A DNA stretch of 64,000 bases from Felis catus. Its lineage: Eukaryota. The position numbers were made by a program, and so were the translations under genes. Below, piece after piece: positions 51,601 through 63,364 of this stretch. How positions within the stretch are numbered: the first letter of the stretch is position 1; the number at the start of each line of letters is the position of its first letter. The stretch lies in contig NC_058368.1 of assembly GCF_018350175.1 (NCBI RefSeq), positions 203,052,001 to 203,116,000 of the forward strand, written 5' to 3'. The notes beneath the pieces are model-generated. The model worked only from the letters and a program-made list of their open reading frames with translations. It was not told the DNA's origin and did no database searches.

Positions 51601-52147
51601 AGCATGATAATTTCATTTCCATTTTAATATGTTTGGACAGGATATTCAATAGATAAGCAATTAGTTCTCCGATGCATATCACAATCTAAAAATGACAGAT
51701 TATTTTTTACCTTTCTTTTCATTTTCTATTTAAACAGATTTACTTTTAGCTGATCTGGACATTTGTGACATTTCCTGTTATTCACAATATCTATTTCTTT
51801 GATGAAGAAAGCTTTTCAAAAATTATAAATCATTTGGAAACTGATTATGATGTTCAATACTATTTTATATCAAGAAAATATTCTGTTCTTTTAAGTTAAA
51901 ATGTGGCAATTTTCTGATGTTTTAAAAAACATGGGATATATTTATAGCTTATATACTGTGCCATAGATTACACAAGAATATCAGCTGTTTATTCAAATTA
52001 CAATGTGGAAGCTTTGGTGTACTAGATGTAAAATTAATGTCCACTAGAGGGTTGAGGAAAAAATAGCATGCCTTGATATAGTGATCATTTGTCTATTTTA
52101 GGCACTAGATACAATTAGATTTGAACCCAAAGAAAAAGAGTAATTTT

Positions 52148-52151
<4 letters not shown>

Positions 52152-52184
<33 letters not shown>
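52152..52184. repeat. (CA)n microsatellite
   Basis: Directly visible. Confidence 0.97.
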
Positions 52185-52188
<4 letters not shown>

Positions 52189-53209
52189 GGTGAATAAGAT
52201 GTCTAGAGGGATAGAAGGAGCTGAAAATCTGTATTAAAAAAATTATAGTCAAGATTAAAACCGACATCTAATCAATAAAGATACACTTAACCAAATAGCT
52301 TTGGTGGCATTTTAAATTCACCCCTAGTAAGATCTTGAATCAGTCATTAGCTTTTTCCACATGTGTGGTGTTTGTTCTATGTTGAAACTCTTCTAGCCAG
52401 TTAAGGCACAGGTAGTAAAGACACGCTATGATTACATCACAATGACTGCCTATCAAGACAGAAATAAATGACCTTTTCTTGGAACACAGCTTGGAAACCT
52501 TTCATTTTTTCCTTTGCCCATGTATGCATGTGAGTGTTATTTTTCTTTTAAAAAGCAATAGAAAACTACTGTTTATATGGTCCTTCCTTTCTTGTTCTTA
52601 TGATACACATCTACTTAAAGTGGCATGTTCCATGACCTGTATCTTGCATATGTGTATACAGGAAATATAAGTGGATGAACAAACCAACTGATATACAACA
52701 GGCATGGTGAAAGACCGTGGGCAACTCAAGAGCATGTGCCCCTATAAAGGAGTCAGTCACTCTTTCCCTGCACTAATTGTTGCCAAGAGCCTAGTAAAGG
52801 AAGATTGTCCTTCCTCTCCTTCTCCTTTTTCCTCTTTCTTCTTGTTTTTTTCCAGAAGTTCAATTTTAATGCATCATCTCCTCATTTTGAAAATAACCTA
52901 CACAAAATGAATAATAAATATAACGCATATAAAGATGGATATTGCCAACAAGCCACCAGTGTAATTTATCCTCATCTTGCAAGTGAGAAAAATGAGTCCT
53001 CATAAAATTAAACACAAACACTGGAGTGACAGAATCCTGAGTTCCTCATTTCCAGGTTGTTCAAATCCCTAAATCTCTGTCTCTCCACTACACTGTTTTA
53101 GTTGCCACGGGAGTGAGTCTAACACATTTCTCATTAATCAAAACTTAAAACTATTTTAGTACATTGTTTTCTTCTCATAATTAATCTGTGTTTTTCATGA
53201 ACCATATCT

Positions 53210-54028
53210 TGTTAGGGAAGTATAATTAAACCAAAATCTTCTCCCAACCCAGAAAAATTATCCACAAAGGTGGAAGAAAACGAAAACAGTTTTCTTATTG
53301 AATAAACATTAAACTAGAATGCAAATACACATCACAAGCATCTGCTCAGAGATTGCAATGCCAGAGAGAAATCTCATCCTTTCATATAAACAAGCAGATA
53401 CAAGCTATCTAGGTGTTCTCAAGATAACCCATAACTTGTCTTCAAGTAATAGGACTCGGCATCATCATTTGTCACACATGCATCCTAAACTCACGTGGCA
53501 ATGAAGGTGACCATCTGTGTTAGCTCATTGGCTTTACCCAAAGGAAAAATAACATTGTCTTATCTTTATAACAAGAGATAGTCTTGTTGCTCAGAGTGAG
53601 TCTCCCACCCTCCATAGCAACTAGAAAATGATTGCATTTCAGAGAGCTGGTTCCCAAGTCCTTAAGGAAGACATTCCTGGGTCAAAAATGTGGCAAGAGG
53701 CTTACTTGTATGTATGTATGTATGTATGTATGTATGTATGTGTATATATATGTGTATATATATATATATATATATGTATGTATATATATGTGTATATATA
53801 TATATGTGTGTGTGTATATATATGTGTATATATATATATATATACACATATATATACACACACACATATATTATACACACACATACACATACACACATAC
53901 ATTTCAAAGAGAGAAAGAACTTACAAGTTATCTATAGTAAATGCTTTAAGAAAAGGGAGGGGTGTCTCTCCTTATTGTCAACAGAGAAAATTAAGCCTCT
54001 TACTTTTAATTTGTATCTGCCTTTGCCA
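53210..54028 (-). mobile_element. ERV1 solo LTR (MER31/MER67-like) interrupted by a microsatellite
   Basis: Minus strand begins 'tggcaaaggcagatacaaattaaaagtaagaggcttaattttctctgttgacaataagg' and ends 'ccctaaca'. Confidence 0.7.
53707..53902. repeat. Compound (TGTA)n/(TA)n/(TG)n/(CA)n microsatellite
   Basis: Directly visible; source of the low-complexity ORFs at 53628-54155. Confidence 0.97.
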
Positions 54029-54531
54029 ACTGTATAGAATGGTGTTACAAATCCAGGTTGAATTGAATTATTGTGGTGTCTGTAGTGATTTAGCTCTTTT
54101 AAAATATGTATTTTTGCAGATGATTTGTAGTTTTATGATTTTTTTATTTTTGTGATTGGAAAAAATAAATCTCTCACTAAGAGGTGGTTATATATTTTTA
54201 TTTCTACACCACAGTTAGAAAAACAAGTACTGAAGAATCTGATTTTTATGTAATTAAATATAGGGCAGCCAATGCACTTTTGAAATTGTGTTCTTATTTC
54301 CAAGAAGGAGATATTTTTCTTACAGTCTAAAGACTCAGATTCATTTCATAAAATATTATTAAATTGCTCTTGATCACCAGTTTTAGCTCTTATTTAATTT
54401 GCTTGTCTCCATAGCACACTTTAGCATTTTCCAATGGTTGTCTTTATTTTAAATTATTAATTGATTAAGTGGTCTAGACTTACCTTATTTTTCTTTGATC
54501 TATTAGGTCAAATTCTCAATACTTCTTGTTA

Positions 54532-54534
<3 letters not shown>

Positions 54535-54583
<49 letters not shown>
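54535..54583. repeat. (TG)n microsatellite
   Basis: Directly visible. Confidence 0.98.
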
Positions 54584-54586
<3 letters not shown>

Positions 54587-54704
54587 AATTTGTTGATCTC
54601 TTTCCATTTTAGGTTAAGTATAAGGAAGTGGTTTAGAAAATATTTTCACAATTTTATCTACCTTCTACCTTCTATTATAAGGTCTTTTTAAATAAATATT
54701 TTGT

Positions 54705-54988
54705 GGAGCACCTGGGTGGCTCAGTCAGTTAAGTATCAGACTTTGCCTCAAGTCATGATCTCACGGTTTTTGAGTTCAAGCCCCGCATCAGGCTCTGCAC
54801 TGACAGTTCAGAGCCTGGAGCCTGCTTTGGATTCTGTGCTATCTCTCCGCCCCTCCCTGCTTGTGCTCTCTCTCTGTTTCTCAAAAACAAATAAGTAAAC
54901 ATTAGAAAAAGAGAGAGAGAACAGAACAGCTTTTGAAGAACTTCATGCATTCCCCAAAGGCTGTTTTAAAAAATATATAAATAAATAT
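54705..54988 (+). mobile_element. Can-SINE with extra 3' sequence inside the TSDs
   Basis: SINE body 54705-54910, extra sequence 54911-54967, second A-rich tail 54968-54988; perfect TSD aataaatattttgt (54691-54704 / 54989-55002). Confidence 0.9.
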
Positions 54989-54999
54989 AATAAATATTT

Positions 55000-55575
55000 T
55001 GTTAGGGTTTTTTTTTTGTAAATTGGCTGCCAAATGGCTGCCTATATACTCCTGCCACTTGTTCCATTAAGAGCTGAAGTCTATTGTCTTTCTTTTAAAT
55101 CTGGGCTGGCCTTCTGACTTGCTTTGACCAACTGAATACAGAAGTGATTCTGTGCCAGTTCTTTGCCTAAGCATCAAGACAACTGTCAGCTTCTCCTTTC
55201 CACTCCCTGGGAAGCCAGCTGCTATGTAAAGTTTGATAGCCTGAGTGAAGAGACAAGACTTGTGGATGAGAGATGTAGAGAGAGAGAGGTCACACAAGGA
55301 AAAACAACACCCGATGTAACTGAGTCAAGGAGACCCTAAGAAAAGAGAGAGGTCCAGTTGTCTTAGATAACACACAACTATTTGAGCCTCCCAAGATGAG
55401 ATTTTAGACATACAATAAAGGCAACTTTTAAATCCTTTAATTCCAGTGTAATTGCCTTAGCTAATACCATGGGAAGCAGAGAAGCCATCACCACTGAGTC
55501 CTGCCTGAATTCCTGGCCCACAGAATCACATTAGCTATTATTTATCTGAATAAACTACTACCAGCAATCACATGT
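55000..55575 (+). mobile_element. MaLR LTR (MLT1G/H-like)
   Basis: 'aaatctgggctggccttctgacttgctttgaccaa...gggaagccagctgctatgtaa...gagtcctgcctgaattcctggcccacagaatc'. Confidence 0.8.
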
Positions 55576-55589
55576 GTTGATTTTATAGA

Positions 55590-55790
55590 GAATTTTCTGC
55601 TTATAACATATTTAATAAATATTGTACATGTGTTATTTCAGAATTCCTTATAAACCTATAGAAGAGATACAATTATTTTAGTCATTATACAGCTAAGAAA
55701 AGTAAGGCTTAAAGAGATGAAATTATTTTCATGGACACATTAAGTCAGGGAACAGATATTCAATCACAAGCAGTATACCACATTAACCAC
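55590..55790 (-). mobile_element. MIR
   Basis: 'cattatacagctaagaaaagtaaggcttaaagagatgaaattattttcatggacaca' antisense core. Confidence 0.6.
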
Positions 55791-55889
55791 TATGTTTTTT
55801 CAAATAAAAGTATTTAGTTTTAAAACTCTTCCCAAACACTGAATTATTTCTATTATGGGACCATACTGACCATATTAACCAAATAAAGT

Positions 55890-56350
55890 ATTTGTTCATT
55901 CATATAACAAATATTTGTGGACCAATTTTGCATAAGGCACCAAGCACTAGAGATAGGAGGCAAAAGAGAACAAATCCCTGCCTCATGAAATTTTTATTTT
56001 AGTTAAGATAAGCAGACAACAAATAAACAATTACACAGTACTTCAAGCAGTGTTAAGTGCTATGGAGCTAGATAAAGCAAGATAATGAAGACAGGAGTAC
56101 AGGGGATAAAGACGAAAATGTAATTTTAAATAGGAAGGTCAGGAAGGAAGTCCTCTGTACTACAGTTATCTTTGAAAAGTGACAAAAAGAAATGAGAGTT
56201 TTGTAACTACCCGGGGGAATAATATCCTAACCAGAAGAAACAATAGGCATAAAGAGGGAGGCATTTCTATCTCAATAGACATAGGCTAAAATGGAGGAAT
56301 ACTTGGAGGAAAAGAAGGAAATTCTAAGTGACCAGAACAGAATAATGGGG
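55890..56350 (-). mobile_element. L2 fragment
   Basis: 'ttcattcatataacaaatattt...aaggcaccaagcactag...caaatccctgcctcatgaaa' antisense L2 3' end. Confidence 0.75.
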
Positions 56351-56361
56351 ACCTTAGGGGA

Positions 56362-56993
56362 TACGGTGTGCAGAATTCTAATATGGCTCCTAGAATCACA
56401 GCCCCCTGATATTCCTAGTATAATCCCCTCCCCTTAGTATGAGTGGAACATGTAACTTGCTTCTAGCAAGAGAATATAGCAAAGACAATGACAGGACACT
56501 TTCTTGATTTCTATATTATATGGAAAAGGCAATGGGATATCTCTTCCATGATTAAGTGGTATTATATGAGAATCCATCATAGTAGACAAGGGTGAGGGAC
56601 TCTTCTCTTGGACTTTGAAGAAGTAAGCTATCATGTTGTGAGAGAACTACATGGGAGGTAGTTCCATGCAGAAGTACAGTGAGCAGCCTCTTAGAGCTGA
56701 GAATAGCTTCCAGCCAACAGCCAGTAAGAAAATAGAGAACTCAGTCCTAGAACCACAAGGAGGTAAATTCTGCCACTAACCCAAGGGGACACGGAAGTGG
56801 ATTTTTCCCCAGAGAACACTCCAGAAGAGAATAAAGCCTGGCTGACTCCCCAGTTGCAGCTTTGTGAGAGCTTGAGCAGAGGACCCAATTAAGCTGTGCT
56901 CAAACTCCTGACCCACAAAAACTGAGATATTACAGGTGCAGTTTTCAGCTATTAAGTAGTAATTTGTTATGCAACAATAAAAAAAATAATACA
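56362..56993 (+). mobile_element. MaLR solo LTR (MLT1E-like)
   Basis: 'gcagaattctaatatggctcc...tataatcccctccccttagtatgagtgg...cagccaacagccagtaagaaa...gtaatttgttatgcaacaataaaaaaataataca'. Confidence 0.9.
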
Positions 56994-57019
56994 AGAGAAA
57001 ATGAAATTAGAGGAAATTA

Positions 57020-57124
57020 GAGCTGTCAGCCCAGAGCCTGACGCGGGTCTTGAACTCACGGACTGAGAGATAACGACCTGAGCCGAAGTCGGACGCTTAA
57101 CCGACTGAGCCACCCAGGCGCCCC
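57020..57124 (-). mobile_element. 5' half of a SINEC_Fc (3' half missing)
   Basis: Intact head ggggcgcctgggtggctcagtcggttaagcgtccgac, ending abruptly at gctgacagctc. Confidence 0.92.
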
Positions 57125-58059
57125 AAAACAATAGTTTTTAAAAACAAAATGTTTTCACAAGAAAGGAGGACAATAAATGAAAATTTGATGGAGGAGGTAG
57201 TCAGAAGGAATATTTATCCTAAGTGCAATGAGAAACCATAAAGTTTATTTTAGCAGGAAACTGATCTATTCTGATATTTTTTCTGTGAAAGATCTTAGAT
57301 TTAATTATTCTCTTCTCTATTATTATTTTCTCCTGTAATGATCCCGAAGATTATTTTCCTTGACAAAAATCTAAGAGCTACCCAACAGTCAACAACTTCA
57401 ACTTTTCCTAAATCACTCCATATTTTCCTTATTCTTTCGATTGAAATATAAATTCCAAACTCCCCCTTTTGGTTTTATTTCTGACACCATAATATTTTCC
57501 ATTAATATTTGGTGTTCCCAGAATCCCTTGGGAACTAAGTCAAGAGTCGCTCTGATTTCCTGCATGTCAAGAGAGGTAGGTTTGATATTTTCAGACCATT
57601 GTTAAAGAGTCAAGCTGAACAAAGCTTGTCTCCCATTACTGTCCCCAGTTTTCACTCTCATTGAATATCTTAATAATAATCTTATCACAGCTTGTTAGAG
57701 GAGTATTTTGAGAAGGCAGAAAAAAAGTTGTGAGTACAATCCTTTGCTCTTCCTTTAAAGATGTGTCCCTTTCTACCTTGTCCCTATGACCTTGTGCCCT
57801 CTTAACACACTCAGCTTGACATCTTTGACCTGGGCCCTTCTATTTCTAGCACTTGGAGATTAGAAAATGATTGTTTTTAATCTATGAATTCTACATATGG
57901 ACAGAAAATGACTTCAGGAAAATACTGGAAGCTAAAGGAATTTCATTTTAATATTAGGTAATGTCTCCATTTAATAGAGAAAGAAAGAAAAATACAAGCT
58001 AGCAATAGAGGAGATATATCAACCAGGGCAGTTTTGACTTTACACTCAAAATAGCCCTA

Positions 58060-58860
58060 CTCATTTCCAATTGAAGCCAAACTCAACAGTCAGTAGCAGA
58101 TTTTGCAAACCTCAGCTCATTATGGATGTTGACCTTCCTGTACTATTCTTACCAATCCATACTACATTTCTATATTTAGAGTTATTTGTCTTCTTTTGGT
58201 TATCTGTCTTCCTTTTTATTTTCTTGGCATATACTTTTACAATCTGAACACATAATAAAGTTCTCTGCATAGTTATGCCATTTTCTTCCATTATGAGCCT
58301 TTCTTTCTTCCTCATTAAAATAATTTGAAATTTGCATTGTCAGAGTTATATCATCAGCACTTTTTGCTACCTTTCTGAGCTTTCTTCTGAGTTTTTCATG
58401 TCTGATATTCTTGAAGTCTTCTTTCATAAAGTCTACAGTACCTGTCTAATGAGTAGCTCTCCTAATGTATTCCAAATTTTAAAATGTCATGGTCAGTTTT
58501 TCCAAAATCTCCTGCCACTGACACTTTATGAACCAAATTCTCCATGCTGATCAAAATCAGGGTAAAAATATTAGTTCTTATAATCACTCTCTTTACCCTC
58601 CAGGCCTTGAAAATGTTATTAAGACCAGGCAAGAATTTGTCAGTTGTTTAGCTTATGTGGAATAGACTTCCAGAAGATGAACAGACTGGTGAAGGTTCTT
58701 GATCACTTCTATAGTTTCCATCATACTGTGAACATCTCCAACTGATTTCCCCCAACTGGACAGAGAGCCATAAATTTTTGCCACGTCCAAATTACTTTTT
58801 GCATTCTTTCCCTTTACCTCACTCGAATACACAGTCCAACCTCCATCTTAAGATTTATAG
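58060..58860 (-). mobile_element. Ancient L3/CR1 LINE ORF2 relic (endonuclease region)
   Basis: Minus-strand 58644-58462 translates TDKFLPGLNNIF...IFTLILISMENLVHKVSVAGDFGKTDHDILKFGIH*, followed by TVDFMKEDFKNIR; resembles the CR1 pattern KFL..L.DNF...ILDLILTN.E.LV..V.V.G.LG.SDH..I.F...LDF.KADF; outer boundaries approximate. Confidence 0.8.
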
Positions 58861-61235
58861 ATTTCTCTGTATTATGTATAATTTCCTAGTATAAAGTGAT
58901 ATGTACCTTCACTTCTGATTCCATAATTTTTAAGTTTGGGGCACTTAGTTAAATACATATAACCTAGAATAGTACTTGGCAAATGGTAGGTATTCATTAA
59001 ATATCTGTTAAAGGAATTGGACATTTTGTGAATAATAATTTTCATCATTGGGAATTCTCTTGCATCCCTCCTTCTGCAGCTTACCACTGTTTTTCATGTT
59101 ATAAATCAGCACTGATGTGCTTCTATCATCATTTTTGAAGACCAAATTAATGCAGGAGATGGAATGAATGAAGAGTGAAAGTCCCAGTAAAAGATGTTGC
59201 TGTTGTGCAAGCGCAAGCTCACTATTTGCACAAAGCTTTTGAAGCAGTTAGAGCAGAAAGGACACACTCAATAAATGATACACAGAAAGCAGCAGTAGGA
59301 TATGGCAATGGTTTGAATAAAGGATTACAGGAATGAGGGTCCTTCATCTTTCTGTGTGTTTCATTCCAAGGCAGATAGGATGATAATACAGCTAGATTTA
59401 TGAAAAGGTTAGTGAAGTGGACTCATATAGAATGAAAAGACTAGGAATTCATTTTTTAAAACCATATTGCATTTCAGGTATCAGAAGGACATCTGACCAA
59501 AGTATTAAGATCTGCAGATTATGGTACACATAATGGTTTCATTTCCTCCAAGAGACAGAATTCAGACTCCATTTTGTGACTAGATTACCACGAATGGCAA
59601 TAACAAAAGGTATCGGTGGGTTAACAATGAAGAAGTCTTCTGTAACAACTTTTAGCACTTCTAAAGCATTTGACGATTTTAGACTTTGGTTTTACAGAAA
59701 TGAAGGTACATGTTTCAAAGTGGCCCTCAAAATATTTTTTTCTGGCCATGGAAATGAAACATATAGATGATATTTTCCTTGCTACAGAAAATAGAATTGT
59801 ACAAAGATCAAAAACAGCTGTCATTAAAACTTTCTGGGGCTGATTTCTATGTATTTCAAAAGAGTAAAGACTAAGAAATTTGAAGATCCATCTAGACAAA
59901 AACTTATTTCTCTACAAAAATCTCTCATAGTAGGTACTTTTTCTAAAGTAAATTATTATATCAAATAAAATCTGCCATGGTGTTTGTTCCTGTATTATCT
60001 ACAAAATCACTTGATGGATTCTATAAAAATTCCATGTGAAAAGTAAATGCCTGAAAAAAATGACTTTCCTTGAGACTATGGTATGTTTTCTTATGAATGA
60101 TCATGTTGTTTTGTTAACCTTAACCACTACAAAGCTCAGAACTAAAGGTATTACTCAAGTTGAGCAAGTTTCTAGAATTCTGTGGTCTATCTGCATTCCT
60201 GATTTTCCATTCTAATTTATATTTTCACAGACACTTGAATGTATTTATTCTTCAAACATTTCATTTTTGTGAGATATTCTATGGTATCTCAAATCCATTC
60301 TGAAACAGGACAGGCTATAATGAAAGAAAAAAAAAAGAGAGAAGAAAAAAGTGAAAGCACTAAGCATTATACAAGCAAGCTGTGGATCATTTAAGACATA
60401 AAATCACATAGGTGGCCTTAATGTCTGTGAGGCCAAGTTCAATATTACTATGATTAAACTACTACAAAAAAGTTCAAATTTACAACTGCTTCTATCACTT
60501 TGTTCATCAAGATACCCAGAAACTAAAACTACACATGGAAAAAGTAATCAAAAAGAAACCACTAATGAAAATTATTTGCACTGGTGATAATATATTTTTA
60601 CAACTCAGTCAGAAAAAAATTATGAATGCAGTAACATAAAAAATAATATTCTTGAACTAGTAACTGCATTTTTTAACATCAAGGAATAAAATGCATTGAA
60701 GTCTACATCTTTGGAAGGTTTTTTTGGAATTCTCTTTTGTAGTTTAGTAGCCACTGCATTGGAAGTTCAAAAATTCTATTTATTTAAGTAAAAAAATTAC
60801 TTTGTAAATTAACTGCAGCTTAAGTTCATTCCAAGTCAACTCCAAAAAGGCATCTATCACTCCAGTTAAAGACAGGTCTGTGGAAAGAGAATAAACATAA
60901 ATCCAAACATGTTTCCTCAAATCACCCAATTAATGTAAAGGTAGAAAAAATGATGTAGACTATACAACAATGCACATAAAATGATTAATACAGAAATGCC
61001 TGTGAAGAGCTCCTACTAGAAAGATATTTAATGGTGTTACCCAGGATATATAATGGCAATACAAAAGGCAACATAGTATTTCAGGAAGAAAAAGGCTCTC
61101 CTTCACCGAAAGGTAAGTAGAACTTCCTAGTAACTGGCACAACTTAGCAATAAAACAAAACTTCTGCGTTAAGCACTGTACTAGACCACCTCTTATATAG
61201 TACACACAACTGAGACCATATCCGAAGTCCCTTTA

Positions 61236-61451
61236 AAATTTCTTTTAATGTTTATTCATTTCTGAGAGACAGAGAGAGACCCAGCACAAGTGGGGGAGGG
61301 GCAGAGAGAGAGGGAGACACAGAATCGGAAGCAGGCTCTAGGCTCTGAGATGTTGGCACAGAGCCCAACGCAGGGCTTGAACTCATGAACTGTGGGATCA
61401 TAACCTGAGCCAAAGTTGGACACTTAACCCGCTGAGCCACCCAGGCACCCC
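61236..61451 (-). mobile_element. Can-SINE
   Basis: Complete element; TSD ccgaagtcccttta (61222-61235) / ctgaagccccttta (61452-61465). Confidence 0.96.
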
Positions 61452-61904
61452 CTGAAGCCCCTTTAGGAAAGCCATTTATTCACTCATTATCCATCCATCC
61501 ATCTGTCCATGTAGTAAGTATATATCCAATACACGGTAGGCATTGTTCTGGACTTTGAAGTTAGGCCATGATCAGGACAAAGAGAATATTTTGTAATTGT
61601 TTTCAGAATCCACTACATGGTCTATATAGTTAGTTTAGCATACATATATATGTGTAGTAAATGTATAGTTTTATCATTTTATGCAATTTTTGGTATAAAT
61701 AGTATATTTAGGTTCAATGATTCAACAGATTTTTTCAACATCTTTGCAAAACCCATGTAAAAGATTGTCTCCAACAATACTGCATATAGATACCTAATGT
61801 AAGTATTCCTACATGACAATTACAATAAAGAATGGTAGCCAGAGTTGGAAAATCAGTAAATAATTTTTCAGTATGCAGTAACTACCTTTTAACTAACCAT
61901 TCTT

Positions 61905-62109
61905 TTTAAAATATTTTTAAATGTTTATTTATTTTTGAGAGTGGGAGGAGACAGAATGTGAGCAGGGGAGGGGCAGAGAGAGAGGGGGAAACACAGAATC
62001 TGAAGTAGGCTCCAGGGTCTGAGCTGTCTGCACAGAGTCCTACATGGGGCTTGAACCCATAAACCTTGAGATCATGACCTGAGCCGAAGTCAGATGCTCA
62101 AATGACCCC
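61905..62109 (-). mobile_element. Can-SINE with a small deletion in the head
   Basis: TSD taactaaccattctt (61890-61904) / taactaactattctt (62111-62125). Confidence 0.94.
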
Positions 62110-62726
62110 ATAACTAACTATTCTTGATCTTAATGTCACAAAATATAAAATCAAACGATGACCATCACCATTCTAACTTCTATTTGAATGCTTGCCCTCA
62201 GGCAGATAAGGTAAAATACACAGCAGACTCCCTGTATTTATTAGATAGAATTAATTTTAAGTAAACAAATGATTTATCACTATTAGTATCATAATTAGTT
62301 ATAGTGATATATCTATCCAAATTCAAGTCATTATTTCCTCTTTAGTATGTCATTTCCCTAAAAAAGCAGAGAACAAAGATGAGAAGAGAACCAACATTTC
62401 TTATCACTGTTCTATCCAGGCCCTTTTGTTAGATGTATTATCGCAGCTTTATGGAATATTTAGTCCTATAACTCTATCCTCATTGTGGCAGCAAATATTA
62501 TTATGGAACAGAAAGAAGCATGATCAACCTTTTTAAAGTGAAAACAATGACTAATAAATGGCACAACTTAAGATGCAGATAGGAAGGAAATGTCTCTTGT
62601 TAGTTTGATTTGTTATTTCTCTCTTCTTAAAAGAAACTTCCTTTGTCCCATGGTAGAATTCTACCTATTGGTACTGAACCATTTTGGCTAAGAGGCAACT
62701 ACATAGCATAGAGATGGGAAAGTGTT

Positions 62727-62914
62727 GGGGAGCCTCGGTGGCTCAGTTGGTTAAGAGCCCAACTTTGGCCCAGGTCATGATTTCATGGTTTGTGAGTTTC
62801 AGCCCTGCATCAGGCTTTCTGCTGTGGGCACAGAGCCTGCTTCAGATCCTCTGACCCCTTTTCTCTTTGCCCCCCTCCTCTCAAAAATAAATAAACGTTA
62901 AATTTAAAAAAAAA
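62727..62914 (+). mobile_element. Can-SINE
   Basis: ggggagcctcggtggctcagttggttaag head, aaaaataaataaacgttaaa tail; degenerate TSD agatgggaaa / agatggaaaa. Confidence 0.94.
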
Positions 62915-63000
62915 AAAGATGGAAAAAGGTAGAGGATAACGTAAAGCATGAAAAAAATATCAAAATTTCACAAAGAACTTTTGAATAGATATTAACCCAG

Positions 63001-63364
63001 TATATGAGTTTTCTAGGACTGCCATAACAAAGAACTGGGTGGCTTAAACAACAGAAACTTATTTTCTTATATAGATACAAGATCCAGCCATTGGCAGAGT
63101 TGATTTCTTCTTAGACTTATAGATGGCCATTTTCTCTCTGTACCTCTACATCACATTCATTCTGTATGTGTCTGTGTCCAAACTCCCTCTTCTTATAAGG
63201 ACACTTATAATCACATTGGATTACTGCCTACTCTAATGACATCACTTAATTTAATTACCACTTTGAAGACCCTGTCTCCAAATGCTGTCACATGCTAAAG
63301 TACTGGGGGTAGGACTTCAACATATGAATTAGGTCGGGGGAGGGGCACAGTTCAGCCCATAATA
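63001..63364 (-). mobile_element. MaLR solo LTR (MLT1B-like)
   Basis: 'ggactgccataacaaa...gggtggcttaaacaacagaaa...gaccctgtctccaaat...cagttcagcccataata'; perfect 5-bp TSD cccag (62996-63000 / 63365-63369). Confidence 0.92.

Noticed and set aside
53628..54155. Six overlapping ORFs of up to 175 aa
   Set aside because: Artefact of a stop-free dinucleotide repeat (YI/CV/HT runs); the same applies to 9176-9526, 11884-12345 and 34116-34382.
59576..59770. SKAFD motif in a + strand ORF, resembling a LINE RT motif
   Set aside because: Only five residues match, the flanking residues do not fit, and it is on the opposite strand from the nearby CR1 relic.
61085..61112. Possible 28-nt micro-exon (ttcag|GAAGAA...CCGAAAG|gtaagt)
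   Set aside because: The donor is consensus, but the polypyrimidine tract is poor, the length is not a multiple of 3, and no partner exons were found; RNA-seq junctions would be needed.
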